A stretch of DNA of 62,398 nt, the filler included. It is 5 parts of 5 records of this genome, joined end to end, with 100 filler letters (N's around TTAATTAATTAA, not from the genome) between each part and the next. Parts side by side here need not be neighbours in the genome. Positions count along the whole stretch, not along the records: positions 43,765 to 56,871 come from SRR2962707_1846; positions 56,972 to 62,398 come from SRR2962707_1856; 3 more parts are not named here. One strand, given 5' to 3'. Below are positions 48,690 through 58,845 of the stretch, piece after piece. The notes under the pieces were generated by a model. That model was given only the letters and a program-made list of their open reading frames with translations. It made no database searches and had not been told where the DNA came from. Each line of letters begins with the position of its first letter. Positions within the stretch are counted from its first letter, which is position 1. The translations under genes were made by a program, and so were the position numbers.

Positions 48690-49297
48690 TCCTATTCATG
48701 ACCCTGTCTCTGAGCGCCTGTGTTACGGATTTTGCCGACTTGTCGGTCCCCAACCCGTTTGCGTCCAATCCTGCGTACACGGTTGCACTGGCACCGGGGA
48801 TCGCCATCGAGTTACCGGAAAACCCGTGGGACACGGCCCAAGACCTTGAGGCAACCCAACAGGTTACCGCACAATGGCGCCCCCAGAACGGTGAGCCGAG
48901 CACGGCCACTTTCCTCGCCCGAATTTCGGCACAGCCCGGTCAGGTCAGGATTGCCGTGCTTGATGATCTTGGCCGCCGGGCCATGACTATTGACTGGACC
49001 CTTGACGGGCTCAACATCGTCAAGGCCGACTGGGTGCCAGATGCCCTTGACCCTGAACGATTGCTTGGCGATATCGTCATGACCTATTGGCCCGACGATG
49101 TTGTCAGTGACGTGGTCAACCAATCCATGACCGTCGAGGAAACCATGGGTCAGCGCACCATCCGCACCAACAGTGATGGATTGGTGTTTGTTACGATTGA
49201 AAAACCGATCCGCGACCCGTGGCAGGGTGTGGCAACCCTGCGCAATGTGAAACTGGGCTATACCCTGACCATCCGGTCGCAAAGACTGGGGTCCTGA
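48674..49297 (+). CDS. apeN: DUF3261-like lipoprotein (ApeN-like)
   Basis: Lipobox LSA-C; LL.DI..TYWP motif; ape gene order. Confidence 0.75.
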   Translation: MRSILILFMTLSLSACVTDFADLSVPNPFASNPAYTVALAPGIAIELPENPWDTAQDLEATQQVTAQWRPQNGEPSTATFLARISAQPGQVRIAVLDDLGRRAMTIDWTLDGLNIVKADWVPDALDPERLLGDIVMTYWPDDVVSDVVNQSMTVEETMGQRTIRTNSDGLVFVTIEKPIRDPWQGVATLRNVKLGYTLTIRSQRLGS

Positions 49298-50520
49298 TGA
49301 TGTCAGTGACTTCGACCTTTCTGTCGGCCCTTGGCATTGTTTCCGCCCTTGGACAGGGGATAGAGCAAACATCGCGCACCCTGTTTGGCGACCGCCCGGC
49401 GGACATGATTTCCCATGACGATTTTCTGGTTGATCGCACCACCATGCTTGGCACCGTAACCGTGCCGCTTGCCCCCGTGCCCGATCATCTTACGCAATAT
49501 GATACCCGCAACAACCGCCTGCTATGGACTGCCTCGGCTCAGATCACCTCTGAAATTAACGATATGATCGCAACCTTTGGCAAAGACCGCATCGGCATCA
49601 TTCTGGGCACTAGCACCTCGGGCATTGAAGAAGGCACCACCGGGTATCAGGACATGCTGCAAACCGGCACATGGGCCCCCGGTTTTCGCTATGAGCATCA
49701 GGAAATCGGATCGCCTGCCGCGTTTTTGCGCGATGCGCTGGGTCTGTCGGGTCCGGCATATGTGATTTCGACCGCCTGCTCCTCAAGTGGTAAGGCCTTC
49801 GCATCCGCCCTGCGATTGATGGATGCGGGCATGTGTGATGCCGTGATTGTTGGCGGGGTCGACAGTCTGTGCCGTCTGACCGTGCGCGGATTTGATGCGC
49901 TTAATTCCATCTCCGAGGGCGTCTGTAATCCGCTCAGCAAAAACCGTGACGGCATCAATATCGGTGAAGGTTGTGCGCTGTTCACGCTGCGCCGGGACAC
50001 CGGCGACATTGCCCTGATGGGGGTTGGCGAAACATCCGATGCCCATCATCCCAATGCCCCGCACCCCGACGGGATCGGGGCAATTGCCGCGATGAAATCT
50101 GCACTGGCACATGCCGGTCTGACACCTGATGATATCGGCTATATCAACATGCACGGCACCGCGACGCCACTTAATGACAGCATGGAAAGCACCGCGATTG
50201 CGCAAATATTTGCCCCATCCGTCGCGGTCAGCTCAACCAAACCCATGACCGGTCACACACTGGGTGCGGCAGGCGCGATTGAGGCCGCCATTCTTTGGCT
50301 TTCACTACAACAGGCGCATGATGGCGCGCCATTGCCCCGCCATCATTGGGATGGTGTTACTGACCCGGCTGTTGCCAAAATGAATCTCGTTGAACAAACG
50401 GGGCAGCGACTTGCAGCGAACGATAGGCTTGCCATGATCAGCAATTCCTTCGCCTTTGGCGGCAGCAACGTATCAGTCATTCTCGGACGCGGTTTTATCC
50501 CCGCGCGGATGCCATCATGA
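49297..50520 (+). CDS. apeO: Beta-ketoacyl-ACP synthase (ApeO-like)
   Basis: TRNNRL, GTSTSG, STACSSS (Cys), HGTAT, GHTLGAAG, SNSFAFGG. Confidence 0.88.
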   Translation: MMSVTSTFLSALGIVSALGQGIEQTSRTLFGDRPADMISHDDFLVDRTTMLGTVTVPLAPVPDHLTQYDTRNNRLLWTASAQITSEINDMIATFGKDRIGIILGTSTSGIEEGTTGYQDMLQTGTWAPGFRYEHQEIGSPAAFLRDALGLSGPAYVISTACSSSGKAFASALRLMDAGMCDAVIVGGVDSLCRLTVRGFDALNSISEGVCNPLSKNRDGINIGEGCALFTLRRDTGDIALMGVGETSDAHHPNAPHPDGIGAIAAMKSALAHAGLTPDDIGYINMHGTATPLNDSMESTAIAQIFAPSVAVSSTKPMTGHTLGAAGAIEAAILWLSLQQAHDGAPLPRHHWDGVTDPAVAKMNLVEQTGQRLAANDRLAMISNSFAFGGSNVSVILGRGFIPARMPS

Positions 50521-51020
50521 CCAGCACATCCACAAAGACCATGCCCGCCATTGCTGAACTGGTCCCACATGCCGCCCCGATGCTGTTGATTGATCGGGTC
50601 TGTGATGCCGGGCTTGATCATCTTCTGGCCGACGTCACAATTAAACAAACAAGTATGTTCTTTGAAAAAGGACACGGTGTGCCCGCCTATGTCGGGATTG
50701 AATATATCGCACAGGCCGTCGCCGCATATGGTGGCTGGCGCGCCAAATCTGCCGATCGCGCCGCAGCTCCGCGCATCGGCTATTTGCTTGGCACCCGCAA
50801 AATGACCATGACCCGCGACTGGTTTGAACCGGGCACCCGATTAAACATATATGTCGAAAATGTTTTCGAAGATGGCGAAATGGGTGTCTTCAAAGGCGAA
50901 ATTCGCGACGGAAATGATGTGATTGTCGCAGCCCAGATTAACGTCTTTCAACCCGGTGACACAGCCGCCACGCCCCCCGCATCCCATACGACCCACAACC
51001 AAGAAACGACAACGCCATGA
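50517..51020 (+). CDS. apeP: Hotdog-fold dehydratase (ApeP-like)
   Basis: LVPHAAPMLLID, GIEYIAQAVAA, IGYLLGTR. Confidence 0.85.
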   Translation: MTSTSTKTMPAIAELVPHAAPMLLIDRVCDAGLDHLLADVTIKQTSMFFEKGHGVPAYVGIEYIAQAVAAYGGWRAKSADRAAAPRIGYLLGTRKMTMTRDWFEPGTRLNIYVENVFEDGEMGVFKGEIRDGNDVIVAAQINVFQPGDTAATPPASHTTHNQETTTP

Positions 51021-51742
51021 CAGAAACCATTCTGGTAACAGGTGCCAGCAAGGGCATCGGGGCAGCCACCGCCAAACGCCTTGCGCGCGATGGATATGAT
51101 GTCATCGTTCATTATCATTCAGACCGCGATGGCGCGCAAAGGGTCCTTGATGACGTCATTGCCATGGGCCGCACCGGGCGTCTTATCCACTTTGACATTG
51201 CTGACCGCGATGCCACCCGCACCGCACTTGAAACTGACATTGCGGAACATGGCGCGCCGTTTGGTGTGGTGCTGAATGCTGGCCTGACCCGTGACGCCGC
51301 CTTTCCCGCCCTTGAAGATGATGACTGGGATGCCGTACTGCATACCAATCTGGACGGGTTTTATAACGTCATAAAGCCCCTCATCATGCCGATGATCCAG
51401 CGCCGAAAGGGCGGTCGTATTGTCGCACTAACCTCCATCGCCGGATTGGCTGGCAACCGCGGGCAGGTCAATTATGCCGCGTCCAAGGCCGGGATCATTG
51501 GCGCGGTCAAATCGCTGGCGCTTGAACTGGCTAAACGCAAGATCACCGTCAATGCCGTCGCGCCGGGGGTGATTGAAACCCAGATGACCGATGAATTGCC
51601 CGCCGATGAGGTCAAAAAAATGATCCCGATGCGCCGATATGGTATGGCCGATGAAGTTGCCGCGACCATTGCGTTTTTGTGCGGGAATGATGCGGCCTAT
51701 ATCACCCGTCAGGTCATCAGTGTAAACGGGGGCATGCTATGA
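51017..51742 (+). CDS. fabG: 3-oxoacyl-ACP reductase (FabG/ApeQ-like)
   Basis: TGASKGIG, NAGLTRDAAFPAL, GNRGQVNYAASK, YITRQVISVNGG. Confidence 0.92.
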   Translation: MTETILVTGASKGIGAATAKRLARDGYDVIVHYHSDRDGAQRVLDDVIAMGRTGRLIHFDIADRDATRTALETDIAEHGAPFGVVLNAGLTRDAAFPALEDDDWDAVLHTNLDGFYNVIKPLIMPMIQRRKGGRIVALTSIAGLAGNRGQVNYAASKAGIIGAVKSLALELAKRKITVNAVAPGVIETQMTDELPADEVKKMIPMRRYGMADEVAATIAFLCGNDAAYITRQVISVNGGML

Positions 51743-52968
51743 CCCGGCGCGTCGTTGTCACCGGCATGGCCGGGATTACTGCACTGGGCGATGATTGGCC
51801 CACCATTTCGGCCCGGATGTATGCAGGCGAGACCGGCATTCGCCGCATGGATGACTGGGATGGGCGCTATGATCTGCGCACCCGCCTTGCGGGCCCGGTT
51901 GAGGACTTCACGCTTAAGGGCAAACTTACCCGCAAACAATTGCGCAGCATGGGCCGCGTTGCCCAGATGTCGGTTGCCGCCACCGACAAGGCGCTTGAAA
52001 TGGCCGGGCTTCGCGACGACACGAAAACATTACAGGGCGGACGCCTTGGCATTGCCTATGGGTCATCATTTGGCAGTACCCCACCGGTGATGGGCTTTAC
52101 CAAACTGATGGAAACCGGCGATAGCAACGCCATCACCGCGACCAGCTATATCCAGATGATGAGCCACACCTCGGCGGTTAACATCGGCGTTCTATACGGC
52201 ATTTGCGGGCGGATCATTCCAACATCGACCGCCTGCACATCGGGCAGCATGGGGATCGGTTATGCCTATGAAGCCATCAAATACGGCATGCAGGATTTGA
52301 TGATTGCCGGCGGGGCCGAGGAACTTTGTCCAACCATGGTCGCGGTGTTCGATACCCTGTTTGCCACCAGCGACAATAACGACCACCCCGAAATCACCCC
52401 ACGTCCCTATGATGCCAATCGGGACGGGTTGGTGATTGGCGAAGGGGCCGGGACGCTGATCCTGGAAGAATACGAACATGCCAAGGCACGCGGGGCGACC
52501 ATTTATGGTGAAATCGTCGGGTTTGCGTCGAATTCCGATGGCGCCCACATCACCCAGCCACAAGCCGGCAAAATGGAAATTGCACTGCGTAAATCGCTTG
52601 AGGATGCGGGGCTGAGCCCATCTGACATCGACATCGTCAATGGCCATGGCACCGCCACCGATCACGGCGATCTCGCCGAAAGCAAGGCCACCCGTGCCGT
52701 GTTTGAGCGCGCCATCCCGATCCATACCCTTAAGGGCCACTTTGGCCATACGCTGGGCGCCTGTGGTGCGATTGAGGCATGGCTGGGACTGGAAATGATG
52801 CGCGACGGAAAGTTTGTTCCGACCGCAAACCTGAAAATCCCCGACCCGGCCTGTGCGGAGCTTGATTATATCAAGGACACCGCACGCAGCATATCCGCCC
52901 AATACATGATGAGCAATAATTTTGCTTTTGGCGGTATCAACACATCGCTGATTTTCACACTACCATAG
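51739..52968 (+). CDS. apeR: Beta-ketoacyl-ACP synthase (ApeR-like)
   Basis: RRVVVTG, STACTSG (Cys), NGHGTAT, GHTLGACG, MSNNFAFGGINTS. Confidence 0.88.
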   Translation: MTRRVVVTGMAGITALGDDWPTISARMYAGETGIRRMDDWDGRYDLRTRLAGPVEDFTLKGKLTRKQLRSMGRVAQMSVAATDKALEMAGLRDDTKTLQGGRLGIAYGSSFGSTPPVMGFTKLMETGDSNAITATSYIQMMSHTSAVNIGVLYGICGRIIPTSTACTSGSMGIGYAYEAIKYGMQDLMIAGGAEELCPTMVAVFDTLFATSDNNDHPEITPRPYDANRDGLVIGEGAGTLILEEYEHAKARGATIYGEIVGFASNSDGAHITQPQAGKMEIALRKSLEDAGLSPSDIDIVNGHGTATDHGDLAESKATRAVFERAIPIHTLKGHFGHTLGACGAIEAWLGLEMMRDGKFVPTANLKIPDPACAELDYIKDTARSISAQYMMSNNFAFGGINTSLIFTLP

Positions 52969-53008
52969 GCATCAACCACCAGCCTTCATCTCATGGGAAC
53001 GCCTTACA

Positions 53009-53962
53009 ATGCGCATCGCCATTCTTGATGACTATCAAAACCTTGCCCTGACGTCTGCCGACTGGTCCAGGGTTAGGGCCCATGGCGACATTACCGTATT
53101 TCATGACACGCTTACAAATGGCGCGGCTTTGGCAAAACGCCTTGAACCGTTTGATGCTCTCTGTGTCATGCGCGAAAGAACGCCCTTGCCCGCATCCCTG
53201 CTCGAAACCCTTCCCAACCTCAAACTCATAGTCACCACCGGCAAACGCAACGATGCGGTTGATGTCGCCTATGCCAATCAACGCGGCATTACGGTCTGCG
53301 GGACCAACTCCCCGTCAACGGCGACACCGGAACTGACATTCGCGCTTATGCTGGGTCTGGCGCGCGGAGTTGTGCCGGAAAACACGTCCATGCGCACCGG
53401 CGGCTGGCAGGTCGGGCTTGGGCAGGACCTTGCCGGATCGACCCTTGGCATCATCGGGCTTGGTCGGCTGGGTGCAAAGGTTGCAACCATCGCCAAGGCA
53501 TTTGACATGCGCGTCACCGCTTGGAGCCAGAATTTAACCAAGGAACGCTGTGCCGAACTTGGCGTCGAATATATGCCAAGTAAGGATGACCTTTTGGCAG
53601 ATGCCGATTTCGTCACGATTCATCAACGCCTGTCCGACCGAACCGCAGGCATGATGAGCACAGATGAATTCAAACGCATGAAAAAAAACGCCTATCTGAT
53701 CAACACATCTCGTGGCCCGATTGTCGATGACGCGGCCCTGATTGAGGCGGTTAACAATGGCGAGATTGCCGGGGCCGGACTGGATGTCTATGACATCGAA
53801 CCCCTTCCAGTATCCCACCCGCTACGCACATGCGATGGTCTTTTACTGACCCCGCATCTTGGCTATGTCACACGCCATACGTGGGATGTGTTTTACGGCG
53901 AAACGGTTGAGGCCATCCTCGCATGGCTTGCGGAAAAACCGGTCCGTGTGATTACGGCATAA
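53009..53962 (+). CDS. D-2-hydroxyacid dehydrogenase family protein
   Basis: ILDDYQ, MRERTP, GLGRLG, NTSRGP, LDVYD.EPL, TPHLGY. Confidence 0.92.
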   Translation: MRIAILDDYQNLALTSADWSRVRAHGDITVFHDTLTNGAALAKRLEPFDALCVMRERTPLPASLLETLPNLKLIVTTGKRNDAVDVAYANQRGITVCGTNSPSTATPELTFALMLGLARGVVPENTSMRTGGWQVGLGQDLAGSTLGIIGLGRLGAKVATIAKAFDMRVTAWSQNLTKERCAELGVEYMPSKDDLLADADFVTIHQRLSDRTAGMMSTDEFKRMKKNAYLINTSRGPIVDDAALIEAVNNGEIAGAGLDVYDIEPLPVSHPLRTCDGLLLTPHLGYVTRHTWDVFYGETVEAILAWLAEKPVRVITA

Positions 53963-53976
53963 TTTTCCCAAACGCC

Positions 53977-54009
53977 CCGTGTCACGTTTCAATACACAAC
54001 GTGACACGG
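53977..54009. terminator. Hairpin between convergent genes (possible terminator)
   Basis: CCGTGTCACGTT-N9-AACGTGACACGG perfect 12-bp inverted repeat; no clear U tract. Confidence 0.55.
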
Positions 54010-54027
54010 ACAAATATAACAAAACAC

Positions 54028-55827
54028 TTACCCGGCCTTGTCCACGGCATCAATGTATGCCCGCCAGCTCCCAAGTTGAGTTATGTCGGTTGCCCCCATA
54101 AGCCCTGCTGTTTCGCAAAGGAAACCTTTTTGGGTCGTACCATCTTCAAGCTCAACCGTTCCAAGACAAAGAGGGGATGGAATACCCGCCAGAAAACTTC
54201 CAATCGTGGATTTCGGAACAGCCCAGACCTCAACCTCAATCGATCCACCCGCGTCGGTATTAACCAACATGCCGGGCCGCTTGGGCGGACCACCTGCCAG
54301 AGCATAAAAACTGTATTTTGCGGCAGTTCTGGTTTTGCGGAGAAGGCGCGCGCCGCGCCCAGTCAGTTCACCGTTCAACGGCAAGCCTGACATATGGGCA
54401 CCACAGACCACCATGCCAATTTCATCGTCACCAATTGTCGGCTCGGCAAATCGAGGTTCGTCGCGCGCCCATCCTGTTGCGCCAACCTTACCCGCCTCAA
54501 TTGCTGCGGCGATGGACGCGGCTTTCGCGTCTTCGCCCTTACGGGCCAGAACGGTCAAACTGCCCGGGCGACCGTCTTTTCGTGCACCGGTCGGCACGGC
54601 AATGCCACACATATCAAGCAAATTGACAAAGTTGGTGTAGGTTCCCAACCGTGAGTTCGGGCCAATCGGGTCTTGGGTAATGTCATCAACACTTACAAAA
54701 TGCGGGATGGTTGGAACGCAAACCGCATCTATCCCCTGCAGGGCTTCCTCACATTGTCGCGTAAGTGTCTGCAGGCGATAGAACCCGTTAAATGCATCAA
54801 CCGCCGAAAGTTTCAATCCCGGTTCCAGAATGGCACGGGTGGTGGGGTGAAGCGTTTCTGGCTTGTCCGTCAGACGCGCACCAACTGCGGCAACCCGTTC
54901 GGCAATCCACGCCCCTTCATAAAGCATGCTAGCAACAGCATAGAACGGGGTAAAATCGACTTCTGAAATTTCACACCCAAGGGCGCGCAGTTTTTTGACA
55001 TCCACATAGAAGTGATCGCTCTGATCCTGATCCCCAAAGGTTTCAAGGGTCCTTGCATCAGGCACCGCAATGCGTAACGGCGACATTGGCGAAAGTCCGG
55101 CTTTCTTTGGCAGATTTCTGGAATAGGCATCAAGCGGATCGTAACTCGCCGCAACATCAAACACATCCCAGGCGTCCGACACATTCAGCGCAAAAATCGA
55201 AATGGTATCTAGTGTCCGACAAGCCGGAACAACACCCGTCGCCGACAACGCGCCAAGGGTGGGTTTTAGTCCGACAATGCTGTTAAGGGCTGCCGGTACA
55301 CGCCCCGATCCTGCTGTATCGGTTCCAAGTGAGAAACTGGCAATTCCGTGTGCCACTGCGACGGCCGATCCCGATGATGATCCGCCCGGTACAATCAATG
55401 GATCGACGGCATTAAGAGGTACCTGATACGGGCTTCTGACCCCAACAAGACCGGTGGCGAACTGATCAAGGTTGACCTTCCCCAGACAAATCGCGCCCGC
55501 AGCATGTAACTCGGCAACAACAAATGCATCCTCAACCGCATCATAGGCAAAATCAGGGCAGGCCGCTGTGGTCGGCATCCCCGCAACATCGATATTATCC
55601 TTGGCAACGAACGGAATCCCCCACAATGGGCGACCATCCGGATTACCGAGCGCACACGCACGGGCCAATGCCTCATCCCGTGCCTGATGAATGAAAATGC
55701 CCGGATCGGCAACCGCTTCAAACCGACGAAAGGCTTCTTCGATAACCTGCTCGGGACGCAAGCCGGTTGCGTATGCCTGCCGCAACGCGGCAAGGGTGAA
55801 AGGAAGATCAGCAATCATTTTCGGCAT
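54028..55827 (-). CDS. atzF: Allophanate hydrolase
   Basis: KDNIDVAG.PTTAAC, NLDQFATGLVG, GGSSSGSA, GTDTAGSGRVPA, C-terminal VCGAHMSGLPLN domain; start uncertain (55827 or 55818). Confidence 0.9.
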   Translation of the reverse strand: MPKMIADLPFTLAALRQAYATGLRPEQVIEEAFRRFEAVADPGIFIHQARDEALARACALGNPDGRPLWGIPFVAKDNIDVAGMPTTAACPDFAYDAVEDAFVVAELHAAGAICLGKVNLDQFATGLVGVRSPYQVPLNAVDPLIVPGGSSSGSAVAVAHGIASFSLGTDTAGSGRVPAALNSIVGLKPTLGALSATGVVPACRTLDTISIFALNVSDAWDVFDVAASYDPLDAYSRNLPKKAGLSPMSPLRIAVPDARTLETFGDQDQSDHFYVDVKKLRALGCEISEVDFTPFYAVASMLYEGAWIAERVAAVGARLTDKPETLHPTTRAILEPGLKLSAVDAFNGFYRLQTLTRQCEEALQGIDAVCVPTIPHFVSVDDITQDPIGPNSRLGTYTNFVNLLDMCGIAVPTGARKDGRPGSLTVLARKGEDAKAASIAAAIEAGKVGATGWARDEPRFAEPTIGDDEIGMVVCGAHMSGLPLNGELTGRGARLLRKTRTAAKYSFYALAGGPPKRPGMLVNTDAGGSIEVEVWAVPKSTIGSFLAGIPSPLCLGTVELEDGTTQKGFLCETAGLMGATDITQLGSWRAYIDAVDKAG

Positions 55828-55868
55828 TCCGTCTGTAGCTTGATGGTAATTTTTATGGACGTACAAGG

Positions 55869-56870
55869 TCAGGCGATCTCGCGTTCGGCAGCAAGTGGGG
55901 CTTGCGGGGCTGCCAAAAGCAATTCACGCGTATAGGGATGTTGCGGATTTTCCATTACGGTCGCGACAGGGCCAGCTTCCACAATGCCCCCGTCGCGCAT
56001 GACAATCACGTAGTCGCATAGCAACCGAACGACATTCAGGTCATGACTTACAAACAGATAGCTGATGCCAAGCCTGCTACGCAGATCGGCAAGAAGGTTC
56101 AGAACCAACGCCTGAATAGATACATCAAGGGCCGCTGTCGGTTCATCAAGGATCAGAAAATCCGGCTCGGTCGCGATGGCGCGCGCAATCCCGACGCGTG
56201 CTTTTTGCCCTCCGGAAAGCTGATGGGGAAAACGATCCAGAAGATGATGCGGAAAGCCGGTCATCTCGGCCAGCTCCTCAGTGCGTCGAACAAGTGCTGC
56301 TCCACGCATGCCCATCAGGCGGCGCAATGGATCGCCAATTGCCTGGCGCGCACTGTGGCGCGGGTTCAGGCTGTCGGTCGCATCCTGAAATACCATCTGG
56401 ATTTTAGATCGCAACGGATGACGGGCAAAGCTAGCCGACGGCAAAGCTGCGATATCTTGACCGCGGTAAAAAATACTGCCTGATGTTGCGTCGAGTAACC
56501 TGACCAACATCGAAGACGTTGTCGACTTCCCGCATCCAGACTCGCCCACAAGCCCGACACTTTCACCTTCATGAACGGTAAAGCTCACTTTCTTGACCGC
56601 CTGAACCGGGCCGTTTTTCCCTTGATAGGTTTTGCTCAGATTAACCACATCGACCAACGGCGTTTTGCCGATGACATGCGGCTGAAGCGGCGGTCGCTCA
56701 TCTGTCGGCAACAGTGATCTAATGGTACCGCTGCGCCGCGGCGTCGCATGCACAAGTTTGCGCGTATAGGCGTGCAGCGGGTTGGTGAAAATAGACGCCG
56801 GTTCCCCCGCCTCAACAATTAGTCCATCCTTCATCACAACAATCCGGTCGCAATATTGCGATGCCAGACC
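55869..56870 (-). CDS. Peptide/Dpp-type ABC transporter ATP-binding protein (fused domains), 5'-truncated
   Basis: GESGCGKST, LSGGQ, LDEPT, SHDL, HPYT; frame open to the contig end. Confidence 0.9.
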   Translation of the reverse strand, partial: GLASQYCDRIVVMKDGLIVEAGEPASIFTNPLHAYTRKLVHATPRRSGTIRSLLPTDERPPLQPHVIGKTPLVDVVNLSKTYQGKNGPVQAVKKVSFTVHEGESVGLVGESGCGKSTTSSMLVRLLDATSGSIFYRGQDIAALPSASFARHPLRSKIQMVFQDATDSLNPRHSARQAIGDPLRRLMGMRGAALVRRTEELAEMTGFPHHLLDRFPHQLSGGQKARVGIARAIATEPDFLILDEPTAALDVSIQALVLNLLADLRSRLGISYLFVSHDLNVVRLLCDYVIVMRDGGIVEAGPVATVMENPQHPYTRELLLAAPQAPLAAEREIA

Positions 56871-56871
56871 A

Positions 56872-56971
56872 NNNNNNNNNNNNNNNNNNNNNNNNNNNNN
56901 NNNNNNNNNNNNNNNTTAATTAATTAANNNNNNNNNNNNNNNNNNNNNNNNNNNNNNNNNNNNNNNNNNNN
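56872..56971. other. Artificial contig linker
   Basis: N44-TTAATTAATTAA-N44. Confidence 0.98.
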
Positions 56972-57187
56972 GCCGTAGCCGCGATAGCCCATGGCGATCT
57001 TGGCGACCAGGCGCAAATGGCTGGTGACGAGCTTGTGTGCTGCCTTGGTGTCCTCGTGCTCGAGGAACCGCTTGGCAAGCATGTATTCCTCTTGCGGTTC
57101 CAGCATTGGGAACTTGCGAATTTCAGCGAGATAGCGGTTGAGACCGTTCTCGCCGGCAGAAATGGACGGCAATTTTACCTGGGCCAT
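56972..57187 (-). CDS. rpoH: RNA polymerase sigma-32 factor, N-terminal part (truncated)
   Basis: GLNRYLAEIRKFPMLEPQEEYMLAKR...LVTSHLRLVAKIAMGYRGYG. Confidence 0.93.
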
Positions 57188-57350
57188 GAAAGCACCCCCT
57201 TATCCCGAATTTCGGCTTCCTTGCGGCAAGCCTGCAGGCTCGGACCGAACATCGCATCCGAGTTATCCTAAGTGGCATTTAATTGTGGCGAAAGCCGGGA
57301 TCAAGGTGTGGATGCCATCACGGTCGCGTGAAAGGCGGCCTGGACCACGC

Positions 57351-58418
57351 TTAAAGGGTCGCCAGAGCCGCGCGCATGGTTTCCATATCCGCCGGCAGAG
57401 CTGCCTCAAACCGCAGTGTTTCGCCACTTGTGGGGTGTTCGAAGACCAGCAGGAAGGCATGCAGCGCCTGCCGCGGGAAATCGTTGACTATAGCGCGGAT
57501 TTCATCGGGCAGGCGGTTGGCCTTGGTGCGGAACGCCCCGCCATAATCCAGATCGCCGATCAGCGGATGGCCGATATGGGCCATGTGGACGCGGATCTGG
57601 TGAGTGCGTCCGGTCTCGAGCCGGCATTCCACCAGGCTCGCGTCGCAGGTGCCGTCAGGCTTCTCGGCATAGCGCTCGCAGACCAGGTAATGGGTCACCG
57701 CATGGCGCACATCGTCGCCTTGATCGGTGCGCACGGCGCGGCGGATGCGGTCGCGGCCGCGGCCAAGGCTGGCATTGATGGTGCCCTTCAGCCCTTGCGG
57801 CTTGCCCCAGACGATGGCCTTGTAGGCCCGCTCCAACGGACCGGTCAGCCCGTGGTCGGCAAATTGCTCGGCCAGATGGCGGTGGGTGAGATCATTCTTG
57901 GCCACCACCATGACGCCGGTGGTGTCGCGATCAAGCCGGTGCACAATGCCGGGCCGGCGGACGCCGCCAATGCCCGACAGGCTGTCGCCGCAATGGTGGA
58001 TCAGCGCGTTGACCAGCGTTCCGGTCCAGTTGCCTGCCCCTGGATGCACCACCAGCCCGGCCTGCTTGTTGATGACAATCAGGTCGTTGTCCTCATAGAG
58101 GATCTCGAGCGGAATATCCTCGCCGATGGGTTCGGGGTCTTCAGGCTCCGGCATCTCGAGTTCAACCTGATCGCCGGGATGGATCTTGTGCTTGGCCTGC
58201 TTGGCGGCCACACCGTTGACGGTCACCGCCCCGGCCTCGATCAGCGCCTTGATGCGGCTGCGCGACAGATCCGGCTCCAGTTCGGCGGCCAGCCAGGCGT
58301 CCAGGCGGCCCTCGGCGTCTTCGCCGGCCACCAGCGATTGCTTGCCGGACTGGTCTTCGGCCACGTCTTGGGCTTCCCTATCGGGCTCGGCTTCGTTAAA
58401 CGGTGTCGCGTTCTTCAC
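57351..58418 (-). CDS. rluD: RluA/RluD-family pseudouridine synthase
   Basis: S4 domain, GLVVHPGAG, RPGIVHRLD, LETGRTHQIRVH, RQALHA. Confidence 0.92.
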   Translation of the reverse strand: MKNATPFNEAEPDREAQDVAEDQSGKQSLVAGEDAEGRLDAWLAAELEPDLSRSRIKALIEAGAVTVNGVAAKQAKHKIHPGDQVELEMPEPEDPEPIGEDIPLEILYEDNDLIVINKQAGLVVHPGAGNWTGTLVNALIHHCGDSLSGIGGVRRPGIVHRLDRDTTGVMVVAKNDLTHRHLAEQFADHGLTGPLERAYKAIVWGKPQGLKGTINASLGRGRDRIRRAVRTDQGDDVRHAVTHYLVCERYAEKPDGTCDASLVECRLETGRTHQIRVHMAHIGHPLIGDLDYGGAFRTKANRLPDEIRAIVNDFPRQALHAFLLVFEHPTSGETLRFEAALPADMETMRAALATL

Positions 58419-58441
58419 TATCAGGGTCCGCCCGGCAAGGA

Positions 58442-58843
58442 ATGGAAATGTCGAAAATCAACGACGACGATCTCGATGAAAAGCCGCTTGATCCTGAAAT
58501 GGAAAAAGTCCGGCGTAAAATGGTACGGCTGCTGGCCGTGTCGATCGGCATCATGTTCATCGGTCTTATGACCGTGCTGGGCGCGCTTGTCTATAAATTC
58601 ACACGTTCTGACGATTCCGCTGCCAGCGTCGCGCAGATTTCCGGCTCCTCCGTGAGTGTCCCGTCCGATGCCCCGATTGAAGGTGTTGCGGCTCTGCCTG
58701 CCGGTTTCGCGGTCGAAAGCGTTACCCTCGACGGTCCGCGGATCGGCTTTTTCGGACGCGCGTCCGATGGTTCGATGCGGCTTATCATTCATGACATTAC
58801 GGTCGGTCGCATCGTTAGCGACATTGTCGTGATCAACCGCTGA
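58442..58843 (+). CDS. Single-TM hypothetical protein
   Basis: EKPLDPEMEKVRRKMVRLL..TM..YK motif; divergent from rluD; start 58442 or 58448. Confidence 0.75.
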   Translation: MEMSKINDDDLDEKPLDPEMEKVRRKMVRLLAVSIGIMFIGLMTVLGALVYKFTRSDDSAASVAQISGSSVSVPSDAPIEGVAALPAGFAVESVTLDGPRIGFFGRASDGSMRLIIHDITVGRIVSDIVVINR

Positions 58844-58845
58844 TC

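Noticed and set aside
53009-53962. 2-hydroxyacid dehydrogenase as part of the aryl-polyene pathway
   Set aside because: Not a known ape component, and separated by a 40-bp gap while all ape genes overlap; read-through cannot be excluded
57138-58571. 477-aa plus-strand ORF
   Set aside because: Antisense shadow of rluD in GC-rich DNA with no recognisable motifs; the same applies to most overlapping ORFs in 28232-62398
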